Source: Amoebophrya sp. A120
Lineage: Eukaryota > Protista > Dinoflagellata
Reading direction: 5' to 3'
DNA: 64,000 bases
Assembly (NCBI GenBank): GCA_905178155.1
Contig: CAJINV010000001.1
Span: 12,697,136-12,761,135, forward strand
Shown here: in pieces, positions 36,780-47,916 of the stretch
Numbering within the stretch: the first letter of the stretch is position 1
How the letters are laid out: every line of letters begins with the position of its first letter
Position numbers and translations under genes: made by a program
Notes under the pieces: generated by a model
What the model saw: the letters and a program-made list of their open reading frames with translations, nothing else
Database searches by the model: none
Told to the model about the DNA's origin: nothing

Positions 36780-38200
36780 TTGTTCTACCAACATGTGTGA
36801 GAAATTCTATTCCATTGGATTGATGGATTCGATATTTTTCCTGATTTTGTGGTCGTGGAGCCAATTACATTATTTGATTTTTATTGAAGATTTAGAAAAG
36901 AAATTTCTTAGAAATTCATCGAGATTTCTCAGAAATTCATCGATATCTGATATATTAGATCTATCTGGATATTGGATTCTGAATAATATGATGTGTTGTG
37001 TTTTCTATTCCATCAGATCTGGATATCCATGGTTATGATTGGACTTATGAATTTCAAAGTTATTCTCTGATTGGGGATCAAATTTTTCGATTTCGATCCG
37101 AAAACTTTTGCAAAATTCTTCATAAAATTTTTTGGAAAATCGACACCCATATTTTTCGAATTTTTTTGGAAATATTTTAAAAATTTTAGATAATTCATTG
37201 AAAATTCGAAACAAAAAGATGAAATCGATCTGATCGATATAAATATCATATGATCGAGAGATTCCAAGATGTATTGAAGGATTTCGATTTTATAAGAAAA
37301 AAAAAACATTGTGTTTTTTCGATGGATGATGATGAAATCCATATCAATCGATAATAAATTCGAAATATTTCGAGATGAATCCTGAATTTCCAGATGGATC
37401 AAAATTTTCCATCTTCTTGAAATGGAAATACCGAAATCTGTCCTATCGGATTCCTTCGATCTCGAAAATTTTTTGTTTTTCTTTCAAGAAAATTTGGCGA
37501 TTTATTATCTCATCGAAATATTCAAATCCATCTCGAAAATTTTTTCGGATTCTCAATTCATTTCAATTTATTTTCATGAATCTCAAATTTTTGAAAATGA
37601 TTAATTCATTATTATTCTTCAGAAATTGATGGTTATCTTTAGTCTCTTGGATTGATTCTGACAATTAAAGAGAAATGATTGGGATTGTGAAGGAACTTTT
37701 AGGACCTTGAACATTTGAAGCCATACCCGGGCATGGAAAGAAAGAAAGAAAATGATTAAATCGAGAAAAAAATATGATCTCAATCGAATAATCCATGATA
37801 TCTCATTTAGACAAACACAACAAATTTGTGAAAGATTGAATATTTGGGATACAATTGATTCATGATGATGGATATCGAAACCGAATTTGATGCCATTACT
37901 TCTTTTGAAGAAAACACCCAGAAACAGAAGGTCACACACCCTATCAACATCTTTTTCTTTCTTATTCTTTCAATCATCCAAGACATTTTAGGTACATTGA
38001 TTTCCAAAGAGATGTGTTCTTACAAATAAGAAAACAATGTAGTGCAAGCTTCTTAGACAAAAACACAAAACAGAGACTCGCCGTTCTTGGAATTCGAATT
38101 TTGGAACTGAAAAAATCCTGTCCGACAATGATAAAAGAGCAAGAATAGTTACGGCAAATTGTTCATTCGAAATCGGTAATATATAAACGCAGTTCGAAGT
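36780..38200. other. AT-rich, GpC-depleted non-coding block at a convergent strand switch
   Basis: About 25-30% GC by eye. Hand count for 36781-37680 gives 3 GpC vs ~26 CpG, mostly in TCGA. No credible ORF. Confidence 0.75.
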
Positions 38201-38236
38201 TCGTCTGTCTAGGTCAAATTTGTTGTACAAGTCTTA

Positions 38237-40897
38237 CAACCATAACGGGGGGTCTGTGCTAAACTTTGCAGAACTTTTCAAAAACTTTTCGAAGACTTTG
38301 AATTTCCCGCCGGCCTGCTCGTCAAAGAAGCTGCCGCGCAACTTCGTGGCCAATGACTGCACGGCCAACACGAGATCGAGCCCCAGCATGCCATCGCGGT
38401 TCCAGTGTGACCGATGGGGTCCCGCGCTTTTCGTGGGTGCCCAGTTTGCGCACTCCGCCGCAGTGAAAAACGCCCGAACCTGAGAAGGTTGAGGCAGCGC
38501 CGAGCTTGGTGGCTCAGCCTGCAACACCGGCGGGCTTCCTGGTCAAGGCAAAAGACCGAAAAGATTTGCTTTCTGTTCGTAGTATCAAAGAGGGAGACCA
38601 AACATCAAAAACCCCAACAGCTTGACTCAGCGAACCCCCTCCATCGCAAAAGTGCCGGCATTGGCGAAACATAACAAAAAACACCACCGACATAATTAAC
38701 AGCGGCGCCGGAACAGTGCTGATTTTGGCACGGCGGTATGGTGGAGGCCAAAAAATGCAAGCTCTTACAGTGCTACCTCGGTGAGCCCGAAACGAACCCG
38801 AAAAAACTTTTTATCTGGCCGCCCTTCCCGAAGCTCCCCGCTGCTGCTTCTGCTTGAATCCGGCACCGTTTTGGTGCCCCATGTGCAAGCTTTTGGAAAG
38901 TTTTCCAGCAGTTTTTTTTTCCAGAATCAGCTCGGGAGTTTTTTTTTGAAGGTCAGGAAAGTGGCGCCATGCTGTCGGTTTCTTCTGATTTTCCAGATAT
39001 AGCGAAAAAGCGCAAAGCAAACTTTTTGAAATGGGCGCAAAGGTCGCGCCTTGCCTCAGAATTTGAGCAAAAGTCGAGAGCTCGCGCGTTTTACCCTACG
39101 CCGCGCCGCCGTGCATAGATAATGCTACCGCCAGCGGTATTCTTCGCATGTAAAAAAGTATACAGTTGCCCACCCCGGCTCCGGGTCCAAACCTATGATC
39201 ACGAAATCAAGCCGAGAAATAAGTGTAGCGATGCCCCGTGATCCAGTATCATACTCCGACTCCAGCTCTTCCAGAGTCTAGCACTAAACTCAACTTCTAG
39301 CTTTTCCGTCATCGCCCAAGCTATTTGCACTACCAAAAAACCCAAAAGCTTGACTCAGACGCAAAAGCGCCGGCATTGGCAAAACATAACAAAAAAACAC
39401 CACCAGCATACCATCGGCGCTGGAGCAATGCTGACTTTGGCACGGTGGTACGGCGGAGGCCAAAAAGTGCGACTTTTTTGCTGTGCTATTTCGGTGAGCC
39501 CGAAACGAGCCCGAAAAAACCCCGAAAAAACTTTTTTTCTGGCCTCCCTTCTTGAAGCTCCCCGCGGCGGATTCTGCTTGAAACCGGCACGATTTTGGTG
39601 CCCCAAAAGAAAGTTTTTAAAAAGTTTTTTAAAAGTTTTTTTTTTCGGGAATTAGCTCGGGATTCGTTTTTTCGAGGACCAGAAAAGCGGCATCATGCCA
39701 TCGGTTTTGGTTTTTCACATATAGCCCAAAAGTGCAAAAAAAAAACTTTTCAAAATGGGCGCTCAGGTCGTGTTTTGCCTCAGAATTCGAGCAAAAGTTG
39801 AAAAAGCGCGCTTTTTTGCCTACGCGGTGCCGCCGTGGATAACGTTACCGCCCACGTTATTCGTCGCATGTAAAGTATACAACTTTTCGCCCCGGCTCCG
39901 GGGTCCAAACCTATCACGAAACAGGACGGCACGCCGTTCAAACGCGTAATAAATTAAAAATCTGCTGAGGGGATTCCGCCCGCGATTCACGTGTGACCGA
40001 CGGCAGCGCGCGCGCCTTTTATCGGTCAGCGTATATGACCACGAAACGCGACGGCACGGCGCCAAAAAGACTACAAAACCTGAGCCGTGAGCTTTGCCTA
40101 TTTCGCAGGCAGTGCCACCCTGCTTCGTGTCTGGGTAGCGCTTCTTTTGTACTTTTTGAAGACTCAGCATTCTCGCTCCTTTCTGGCGGCGTGCCGCCGT
40201 GCCTGGGGTCAGCACAGGCGCCAAAAAGGTAACAGAAGTCAGAGCTTGCTTCTTCGGCTGCGCCGCTTTTTCTTGTGGAGTTTACAAACGTACGCAACGC
40301 GGCGCAGGGGCGCACCCCCTGGACCTCTCCAGACACGCCTCTCAAGGCCGGCGCGCTGCGCCTGAGAACCGAGGCCCTAGGCCCTAAGCCCCAAACCCTA
40401 AACCAAAACCCAAGCCCTGCGAAAAGGAGGAGGGCCAAGCCCTAAACCCTAGACCCTGCCAGGCGAAAAGGAGGAGGGCTGGCCCCGGGTGGGGGGGTGG
40501 CCACCCAAGTGCGTTTGTCCCGCGGTCAAATAAACAGCACGGCCAACCGAGTGCGTTTGTCCCTAGGCGAAACGCGAAGGGGTGGATCAAAGCCTTGTCA
40601 TGCGTGAATACATATATCAAGGACGCGGCCCTGTTTGGGCGGCGCGCGACGCTGTTCAAGCGCGCAAGAGATTACAAGTCTGCGGAGAGTATTCCGCCCG
40701 TGGCTCACGTGTGACCGACGGCAGCGCGCGCGCCTTTTATCGGTCAGCATATATGACCACGAAACACGACGGCACGCCGCCAAAAAAGGGCGTCGGACCT
40801 TGGTGGTTTCGCGTCATCGCTTTTCTCTGTTTTCAAAAGTTTTCGAAAAGTTTTCAAAAAGTTCTGAAGCCGATGAGTAGACCCCCCGTTATGGTTG
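38237..40897. mobile_element. Non-autonomous TIR DNA transposon (~2.66 kb), probable TA target-site duplication (Tc1/mariner-like)
   Basis: TA|CAACCATAACGGGGGGTCT...AGACCCCCCGTTATGGTTG|TA. The IR extends imperfectly to ~65 bp (CAGAACTTTT..AAAACTTTTCGAA). It has internal duplications and no transposase ORF. Confidence 0.8.
38601..39921. repeat. ~600-bp imperfect direct duplication inside the TIR element (~38601-39206 and ~39332-39921)
   Basis: Shared colinear anchors AGCTTGACTCAG, CCGGCATTGGC.AAACATAACAAAAAA, TCGGTGAGCCCGAAACGA, TTGCCTCAGAATT and GGGTCCAAACCTAT. Confidence 0.85.
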
Positions 40898-41062
40898 TAA
40901 CTATGTGTGAAACAAAAATTGCGAAACAGTTCAGTAGCAATTGATCAAAAGCAATATCAAAAGTCCTTTCTTAGTGCCTGTCATCGAGGACACGAGTCGC
41001 GCAGGTTCTCGTTCCGGGACGGAAATCATGTTCAGAGTCATAGGTAGTTTACATGTATTTTG

Positions 41063-44000
41063 TTAGTGCGTAGCAGGAGCAGCACTTGTGCCGCTGTCCA
41101 CGACAGGAGCGCCTGGAGGTTTACTACTGGAATTTTCCTCCGCATTGCCCGTAGTCTCACCCGGCGTCTTCTTTTCGGTACTCGCGGCGTCATTTCCGCC
41201 TCCCTCTCCGCCCTCCTCCTTATTTTCGCTGCGCCCCGCGTCTTTCTTCTTGGTTTTTCTTTGGGCCGCCTCGGTTTCGAAGGCAAGCTGCTCCGCGACG
41301 CGAACGGTGGTTTCCCGGTCGTAGGCGGGGAAGTCGCCAACCAGGCGGCGGATCCACGGTTTGTCCTCCCGGTTCCAGAAAATCCACGGGACCTGGCTGC
41401 ACCGGTAGCAGTAGGAAAACCCCCAGTTCCGCTCCTTCTCCGTCTGGCACACCGGGCAGGTCGGCCGCGTTTGCGCCTCATACTTCTGGGTGGCCACCTG
41501 AATCAGCACCTGCAACGAGGTGCGTTCGCTCTTGTTCTGCAATAATTGCCGTTTCTTCTGCACGGACTTCTCCGCAGCCTCCTGCTCGTCAGAATTGTTC
41601 ACGTCGCCGTGGTTCGCCTTGCCATTCGCTTGTTCCGCCGCCACTACGCCTGCAGCCTTCGGCTGTGCAGCTGCAGCAACCGCGGAGCCACCGAGATTCG
41701 TGGAGCTGGCGCCTCCCTGGTCGCGCGCGTAGATTCCCTTCTGGGCGTCGTTCAGGGCGCGTTCGAGTTCGATACTGTCCTTCAGTTTGTCCATCCCGTG
41801 CTGTTCCGCTTGCGACTGCAGTTCCGCGCGCCGCTGGGGCTCCATGATGCCGAGTTGGCGCTCCCGGAAGAAGTCCGTGATGTCGGTCGCTTTCTGCGGA
41901 AGGGGGTAGCTGTTGAAGAAAATTTGCTTCCGGAGCAGCCGCTTAAACGGCGGCAGGTACTCGGTCCGCCGCCAGTGCAGGACGTCGGTCTGCGCAATCT
42001 GCTTTTCCGTCGGCGAGCTCTGGCGTTTCAACAGTTGTAACTTAGTTTCCACGCTGCTGCGCAACACTTCCCACCCGTTCACGCCCAGCTGCTCCTGAGT
42101 GTCTGTCTGCTTTGATACTCCTTTGGTGGATTCCTTTCCCGCAGGGCTCTTTGGATTGGGGCTGTTGCTTCGTTGGCGGTCCCCTGCCTTGGGCGAGGCC
42201 TGCTTGCTCCCGGGGGAGGCGGGGTTGATGCCGGAGGCTTTCAAAAGTTTCTCGGCCTGGGCAGGGTCGACGTTGTCGTCCTCACTGGCCATCTATCCAA
42301 GAAAAAAAGTGTCTTAGTGTAGGACTCTTGCAGTGTCAGCATGACAAATATGCCGCCCATGACAGAGAAAGCCTATCATGCAAAGCTAGCAAAGTACGTG
42401 AAAAGCAATTATAAAAAGCGACTTCATGGCTGGCCAGCATAACAAGTGTAACTGTCTTGCGTGCTTTGCATTACAGACTTACACTTACACAGAAGTTTTC
42501 TCCTCGCATACCATCATCGCACGCAGGCGCGCTTCGCGTTTTTTGCTCTCGATCAACTCGGTCTCGTCATCCGTCAACGCCATTTCCGCATCAGAATTCG
42601 CCTGCTTGTCGCCATACATATCCAGCGTGATAGACCTCAAGTAGTTTGAGTTTGATTTCTTGTTCAAGTATAGACAAAGTCAGAGAGTCAGAAACGACAC
42701 ATGATTTTTGTTCTACCCGCAATATGTTGAACTAGATAGCAGTTCTTTATGCTTCTTTCTTACAGCCATGCAAAAGGCGAATTTACCCCATTTCCTGCCG
42801 CCTGAGCTTGTATTGGAACGCCAAGTACTCGATCAGGTAGGTCGGCTTGGAGTACATTTTCTGCTGGAGTCCCTCGCATTCGAATTGCAAGTACCAGATG
42901 CCGATCTTGCACAAGCATTCCAAGAAGGCACAGTATGAAAATGAGAAGTCCCCGCCCGTCCCAACGTCTGTGCCGGTTGAAACGCAACCACACTATGCAC
43001 CCTGAAGCTCATGCCTCCCATGGCCATGCTGGAGCTGGAGGAGGACAATTTCCATACACAAATCCAGCATCAGACGTGGAGGGGGGAATGTTCCTCATGA
43101 TACGTAGGCGTCAAAGACCACCATGGATTTGGACACGGAGATCTTCGGCTCGTTAATCCGCTCGCAAAGTGTCACAAACTGCCGCAAGTCGGCACTTGAA
43201 AACGCGGGCATGGCGGTCAGCGGGTGATCTTCCAAAAACTGCTTGTCTTGTTCCTGACAAAGTGCGATTTTTTGACATTCATTTGCGGTGAGTCGTGAAG
43301 ATTTTGTTCATGGTGGCACAGATCATTTTTCCAAGAACCGACAAGAAGAAGAATCGACGAGGAGTTGAAATGAAATTTTCTCTAAGCTTAAAGCTGTGAA
43401 ATCTCCGCGAGTTGATTTTTACACAGAGCAGTGATGAAAAACAAAAGTACCGCCTTCCGAGTGCTGACGTCTCGTGCGTACGCTGCGTCCTTCAGCACCT
43501 TCTGCAGCATGGGCAGCGTCATTTGGATTTCTTCGTCCGCGCCCTTGGTCAGGTTCAACACCCGCCAGAGAATCAGTTCCATCTGCCCCTCGCTCTGCAC
43601 GTAGTACCGCAGTCCGAAGGAGATAATGGCGTCGTAAAATTCCCGCGGCGAAACGAACTCCTTTTTCACCGCACCGTGGTTGACGTGCGCGTTCCAGAAG
43701 TCAAAAACCGCCGTCTCGGGTTTGTACAAGGGTTCGTTTTTCTTCTTCGGGATTTTGCAGAGGGACTCGAATTTGTCCAGCATGCCGAAAAACAGCGTCT
43801 GCGCGACCCGCTCCACCGGACTGGGCAGCGCCTTGGTGATGTCCCCCGCCCAGATGCAGTGCGTGAAAAACGGGTTCGTTTTGTTCAGCCGCTGCTGGAT
43901 GAGCCGCACGCGGTGCATCAGGGAGTATTCTATGTAAAAACGTCCCCACCCCATAGTCAAGTTGGGAACCTAGCAAGACAAATCCGCATACTTTGGAAGC

Positions 44001-47000
44001 CACGCATGAGAAGTTGCAGTCCGGAGTGTAGTGCATGTTAGCAAGAAGGGCAACCGCATCACAAATCCATCTGTTCATCCTGTTTACAGCATTACAAAGT
44101 CCAAAACGCGACTGAAAATGCCTCTCATGGAGATGCGCATTACAAATCTTCATGTAGTCGCAAATCTGCACGACAACTATGGGATGGGGATGTTTTTACT
44201 CAGGATAGGGAGTCGAAGATCTTGAGCGGGAATTCCGCCGCGCAGGACGGGTGGAGGCACGGTGCAATGTGGTTGCAAAAGTCCTGCCGCTTGGGCAAGT
44301 TGCGCATGCGCAGAAAACTGAGCCCGTCGTAAAACTCATTTAATGTTAGCGGGTCCCGGTAAACCCAAAAAATCTTCCGTGGCTTCATGGTTTTCACCGA
44401 AATCCACTCGTCGATGGCCTCGAGCATCCACCACGCCGCGCGCTCCACCTCGTTTGGGGAATTGCCGGGGTTTGCCATCTGCAAGAACGCCGGCAGATCA
44501 ATGTCATCAAGCTCGTCTGATGTTTTCTGCTGTTTCTTCTCGCCATGGTGATGTTTTTTCGGGCTCTTTTTGTGCTTCGACGGGCTAGAAGAAGTGAGTT
44601 GCTGCTGCTGGGATTGAAGTTGGCCTCCGACTGGACCTTTCATGGCGTTTGACGTAGTTTTCGCCGGCGAACTCGCGGACAGCCCGGACTTGTTGGTCAG
44701 CAAGGTCGAATTGCTGTGCTGAGTCATGCCATCCGAGACCGTTGCGGCGCCCAGGGCACTCGAGGACGAGCTGGAAAGAAGCGTTTTGTTGTTCCCGCTC
44801 TTGCCACCAGCCTCATTGTCCCCGCCGTCCGCTCCCGCAAGTCCGTTTTTCTGGTCGGTGACCACCGGTGGGGGAAACGTCACTTGCTCCATGAGCACGA
44901 CGCGGAGAATGGTGTAGTGGTAGTACCCTGTGAGGTTCGAATCCGCGAGGGAACGGACGCGGATGTACTCGCCCTTCGCGTCGATGACGGACCCGACGTG
45001 CTCCGGGTACAGCGGAAGTTCGTCGCTCTCAAAGCCCCCGAACTGCAGCGGCCCGGCCCGCTGCATGTCCTCGGTGAGCGCGACGTGCTGGCCGTTCGAG
45101 AAAGGGGTCGTGTTTTTCCGCTGCTGCTCTTTGTGGGGAAGGAACGCGTGCTCCGCGTCCACGACCTCGCAGAGCTCCGCCGTTTTGTAAATCCACTCGA
45201 GCAGGTGCCAATCGATCAAGTTGGGCACTAAGCGGAAATCAACGCAAAACCCGGCGAAGGCAGCCAGCGACATGTGCCCGGGACGGGAATTCAAGCCGTC
45301 GTTGCTCGTGTTCTTGAAGGACACGAACCGCGCGACGTCGCGCGTGTTTACTTCATCACCCCCACCCCGGAGAAAGCCCTCCTCGTCCGGCGGCGGCTGC
45401 TCGACTGGCTTCGCCTCTGCTTTTGTCTCTGCTCCTGCTGCACCATCCCCTTCGATGCCTTTCTTGCTCCGGGCGGCCTTGAGCTTCTTCGCGAGTTCGT
45501 CTGCCTTCTTCCGCTCCTGCTCCTCTTGCAGCCGTAGCTGCTCGTACTTGGCCGCCGCGGACGAGGCTTCGGGGGGAAGGACGGGCAGAATGGGAAAATC
45601 CATGTACGCCTCGAAGATCTCGCAGATCAGCGGGAAGTACATGTCCGCAAACTGCACCCACTCCGGCTCGAGCAGTGTGGCCGACAAGCACTCGCCCTTG
45701 ACCACGCAACTCGTGAACAGATTCATCTTCTGCTCGAACGGCACGTTCGGCTTTTCGGTCTCCAGTTTTTCCAGCAGCGGGTTCGCCCTTTTCTGCTTCT
45801 CCGCGTGGATCGGTGACACGGTGAACGAGGAGGGCACCTCGGACCCCGGAATTTCCACTTCCGGCGGGGCTTGCAGCTTGCTCTCTTTAGCCGCGGCGGA
45901 AGTTGCCGTACTGCCCGCGGCGTCTTTGTTTTCGATCAGATTCTTGCTCGTCGCGGCGCGAATGAAGTTCTTCGCCGACATGTTCTTGATACTTTTCTTC
46001 CCGGCGCCGAGCAGCGAGGTGGTTGTTGCCTCGCTGGGCGCAGTGGCCGCTGCACCACCTTGATCTCCTGCCACGGTACTGGCGCCGTCTTCTGGAATCG
46101 TCGCGTCCGTGGGAGTTTTCTCCTTGCTCTTCAGCGCCTTTCCGAGTAAGCCGCCGCCCGCCGCGCCGCCGCCTCCACCGCCGCCGCCCAGCAGGCTCAT
46201 CGCGCTGCCCTGTCCTTTCATCAAATTCATCACCGACTGGCGCTTCTCGTCGTCCCGATCATGGATTGCCTTGCTATCCAACAACAACTGATACACATCC
46301 TGCGCCACTTGGGCCAGCGCGGGGATGCATTTGTCAAACAGCACGGCTTTCACCGAGTCTTCGGAGGCTTCGAAAACCCCGCACCGCAGCAGCGAATCCA
46401 GCTCGAACCGCATCAGAAGCGCGAACACGCGGACCCACTGTCGGGCCTGCAATCCGCACTCAAACTGCATCGCGTTCGTGTCCTTCAGAGGGGTGGCGTG
46501 GTAGTCGCACAAATGGATCATGAGCCGGTAGTTGGCGCACCGAAAAAACGGCTGGATGGTGGCCATGATCCTCGCGTAAGCCGGACGGTATAAAATCAGC
46601 TGCTCCGTGCTGTCAAGACCTCCCGCGGCGCTACTGGCCGAGGAGCTACGCGCGGAATTTGGCTGCGACTTCACGTGCGGGTTTTGCGGCGATTTCAGTA
46701 TGTTGCGCGTCTGCAGCATGTTGGGGTTGCGGGCCGCGTTTTCCCGGGCTTTTGGCGCGATCCACAGCTCCGCGTAGCTGGCCAGCACCTCAAACAGGAT
46801 CGACGCCTCGGAATCCGTGAACCAAAGCGGGCGGTGCTTCAAATCGTCCTCGTCCAACTCCGGAAAGGGCCACTTGTGCGGCAGCGAGTGGCGCAGCTCC
46901 GCCTGGTAGGCGGGGAGAAAGGGCAAGGTGTCCCAGGCGCGACACGAAGTTTTCGTGTACACCGTGCACATGTTGGGCGGGTTGTGGATCGGGTGGAAGA

Positions 47001-47916
47001 GCTGCTCGTGCACCACCTGCTGCTTCATCAGGTCGCCGCCCGTGTCCAGCAGCGTCTGCTTGTTCCGCTCCGCGTTGTGGAATTTGCTCCACGCCTGGTC
47101 TTTCAGCACTTCCTCCTGCGCGCGCAGGCTCTGGTAGTAGTACTTGACGGCGTTCTGGTTCTCGGCCTCGGACAACTCGGGTAACGGCGCGGACACGTGG
47201 ATCGGGTCGGAAATCACGTGGTTGAAGGATTTCACCCGGCCGATCCAGCGGTGCGCCTCGGAATACCGGGCGTTCATCTCCTGTTCCACGACGTCGGGGT
47301 TGTCGCGCAGCAGCGGTTTGCGCCGCTCTTTTTCCAAATTTTTGAACAGAATCTGCCGGTGCGTGACTGGAACGAAGGGCCGGACCGGGTCGAAAACCAT
47401 TTTGTTCTCCGACGGACTGTGCGGCGTCAATACGTTTTCAGAAGCGTTTAAATTAATCGTGGGCATGATCTTCGGCATGTTGGCCCCCACGCGCCGGGAC
47501 GCCACGGCCGCGGCATTCCCGGTGATCGAGAATTTTTGCCTTCGAGCTAAATAGTGGGCGGTCACTTTGTTCTTCGGCACGGTTTGTTCCTCCTCGTCCT
47601 CCTCCCCGGAAGTTGCGGCGTTGTCGTGGACGTATTTTTGCAAAATTTCCTCGTTCCACGTGGCCAGCATCGGTGCCTCGGCGATCGGGTGGCTCAGGCC
47701 GCTGACGTCGGCAAAATTCTTCACGCCGCCGAAACCGCCGAAGCTGCTGGCCGTGTTGGTGTTCGTGCGGCGGCCGCCCGTCAGCCGATTAGACGAACTG
47801 CTGGTTTGGTTGAAGATGCTGCTCAGGGAAAGCCCATCATCGGGGCGCGGGGGCCGCGTGTCCTTGTTCGGAGGCGGCTCCTCCTCTTCCTGCTCCGCGA
47901 GCAGTTTGGCTGCCAT
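41063..47916 (-). CDS. Very large multi-exon hypothetical protein with a C-terminal CxxC...CxxC zinc-ribbon motif, split by 3 introners
   Basis: ORFs 44200..47916, 43388..43960, 42485..42667 and 41063..42292 join via introner removal (IFDS-LMHRVR; DAY-AFLECLCKIG; RAMM-ASEDD). One junction (~42670-42787) is unresolved. CPVC...CYRC near the C-terminus. Confidence 0.65.
42294..42510. mobile_element. Introner, 217 bp
   Basis: TATCCAAGAAAAAAAG...TTTTCTCCTCGCATA (degenerate IR). Perfect CCATC direct repeats at 42289-42293 and 42511-42515. Removal joins two in-frame minus-strand ORFs. Confidence 0.82.
42934..43102. mobile_element. Degenerate introner, 169 bp
   Basis: TAT...CCCC...ACGTCTG at the left, matched by CAGACGT.GAGGGGGG...ATGATA at the right. 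Flanks CACAG/CGTAG (3/5). Removing element plus 5 nt opens the minus-strand frame. Confidence 0.65.
43926..44207. mobile_element. Introner, 282 bp, same family as 28670-28948
   Basis: TATTCTATGTAAAAACGTCCCCACCCCATAG...CTATGGGATGGGGATGTTTTTACTCAGGATA. GGGAG direct repeats at 43921-43925 and 44208-44212. Removal fixes a frameshift. Confidence 0.93.

Noticed and set aside
36780-38200. Possible mitochondrial insertion (cox1/cox3/cob) or viral gene in the AT-rich block
   Set aside because: Only short F/I/K-rich ORFs and no conserved respiratory or viral motifs were seen. A BLAST search is still advisable.
38237-40897. Autonomous transposase for the introners
   Set aside because: No ORF over ~140 aa and no catalytic motif. 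The TA flanks do not fit the introners' 5-bp duplication.
42669-42787. Possible additional introner at the unresolved junction of the large minus-strand gene
   Set aside because: A TAT is present at 42669, but no matching ATA end, inverted repeat or direct repeat could be found.
43701-44171. 156-aa ORF running through the introner, whose translation resembles that of the 28670 element
   Set aside because: The homologous frame in the 28670 copy has stops and a frameshift, so the similarity is explained by DNA homology.
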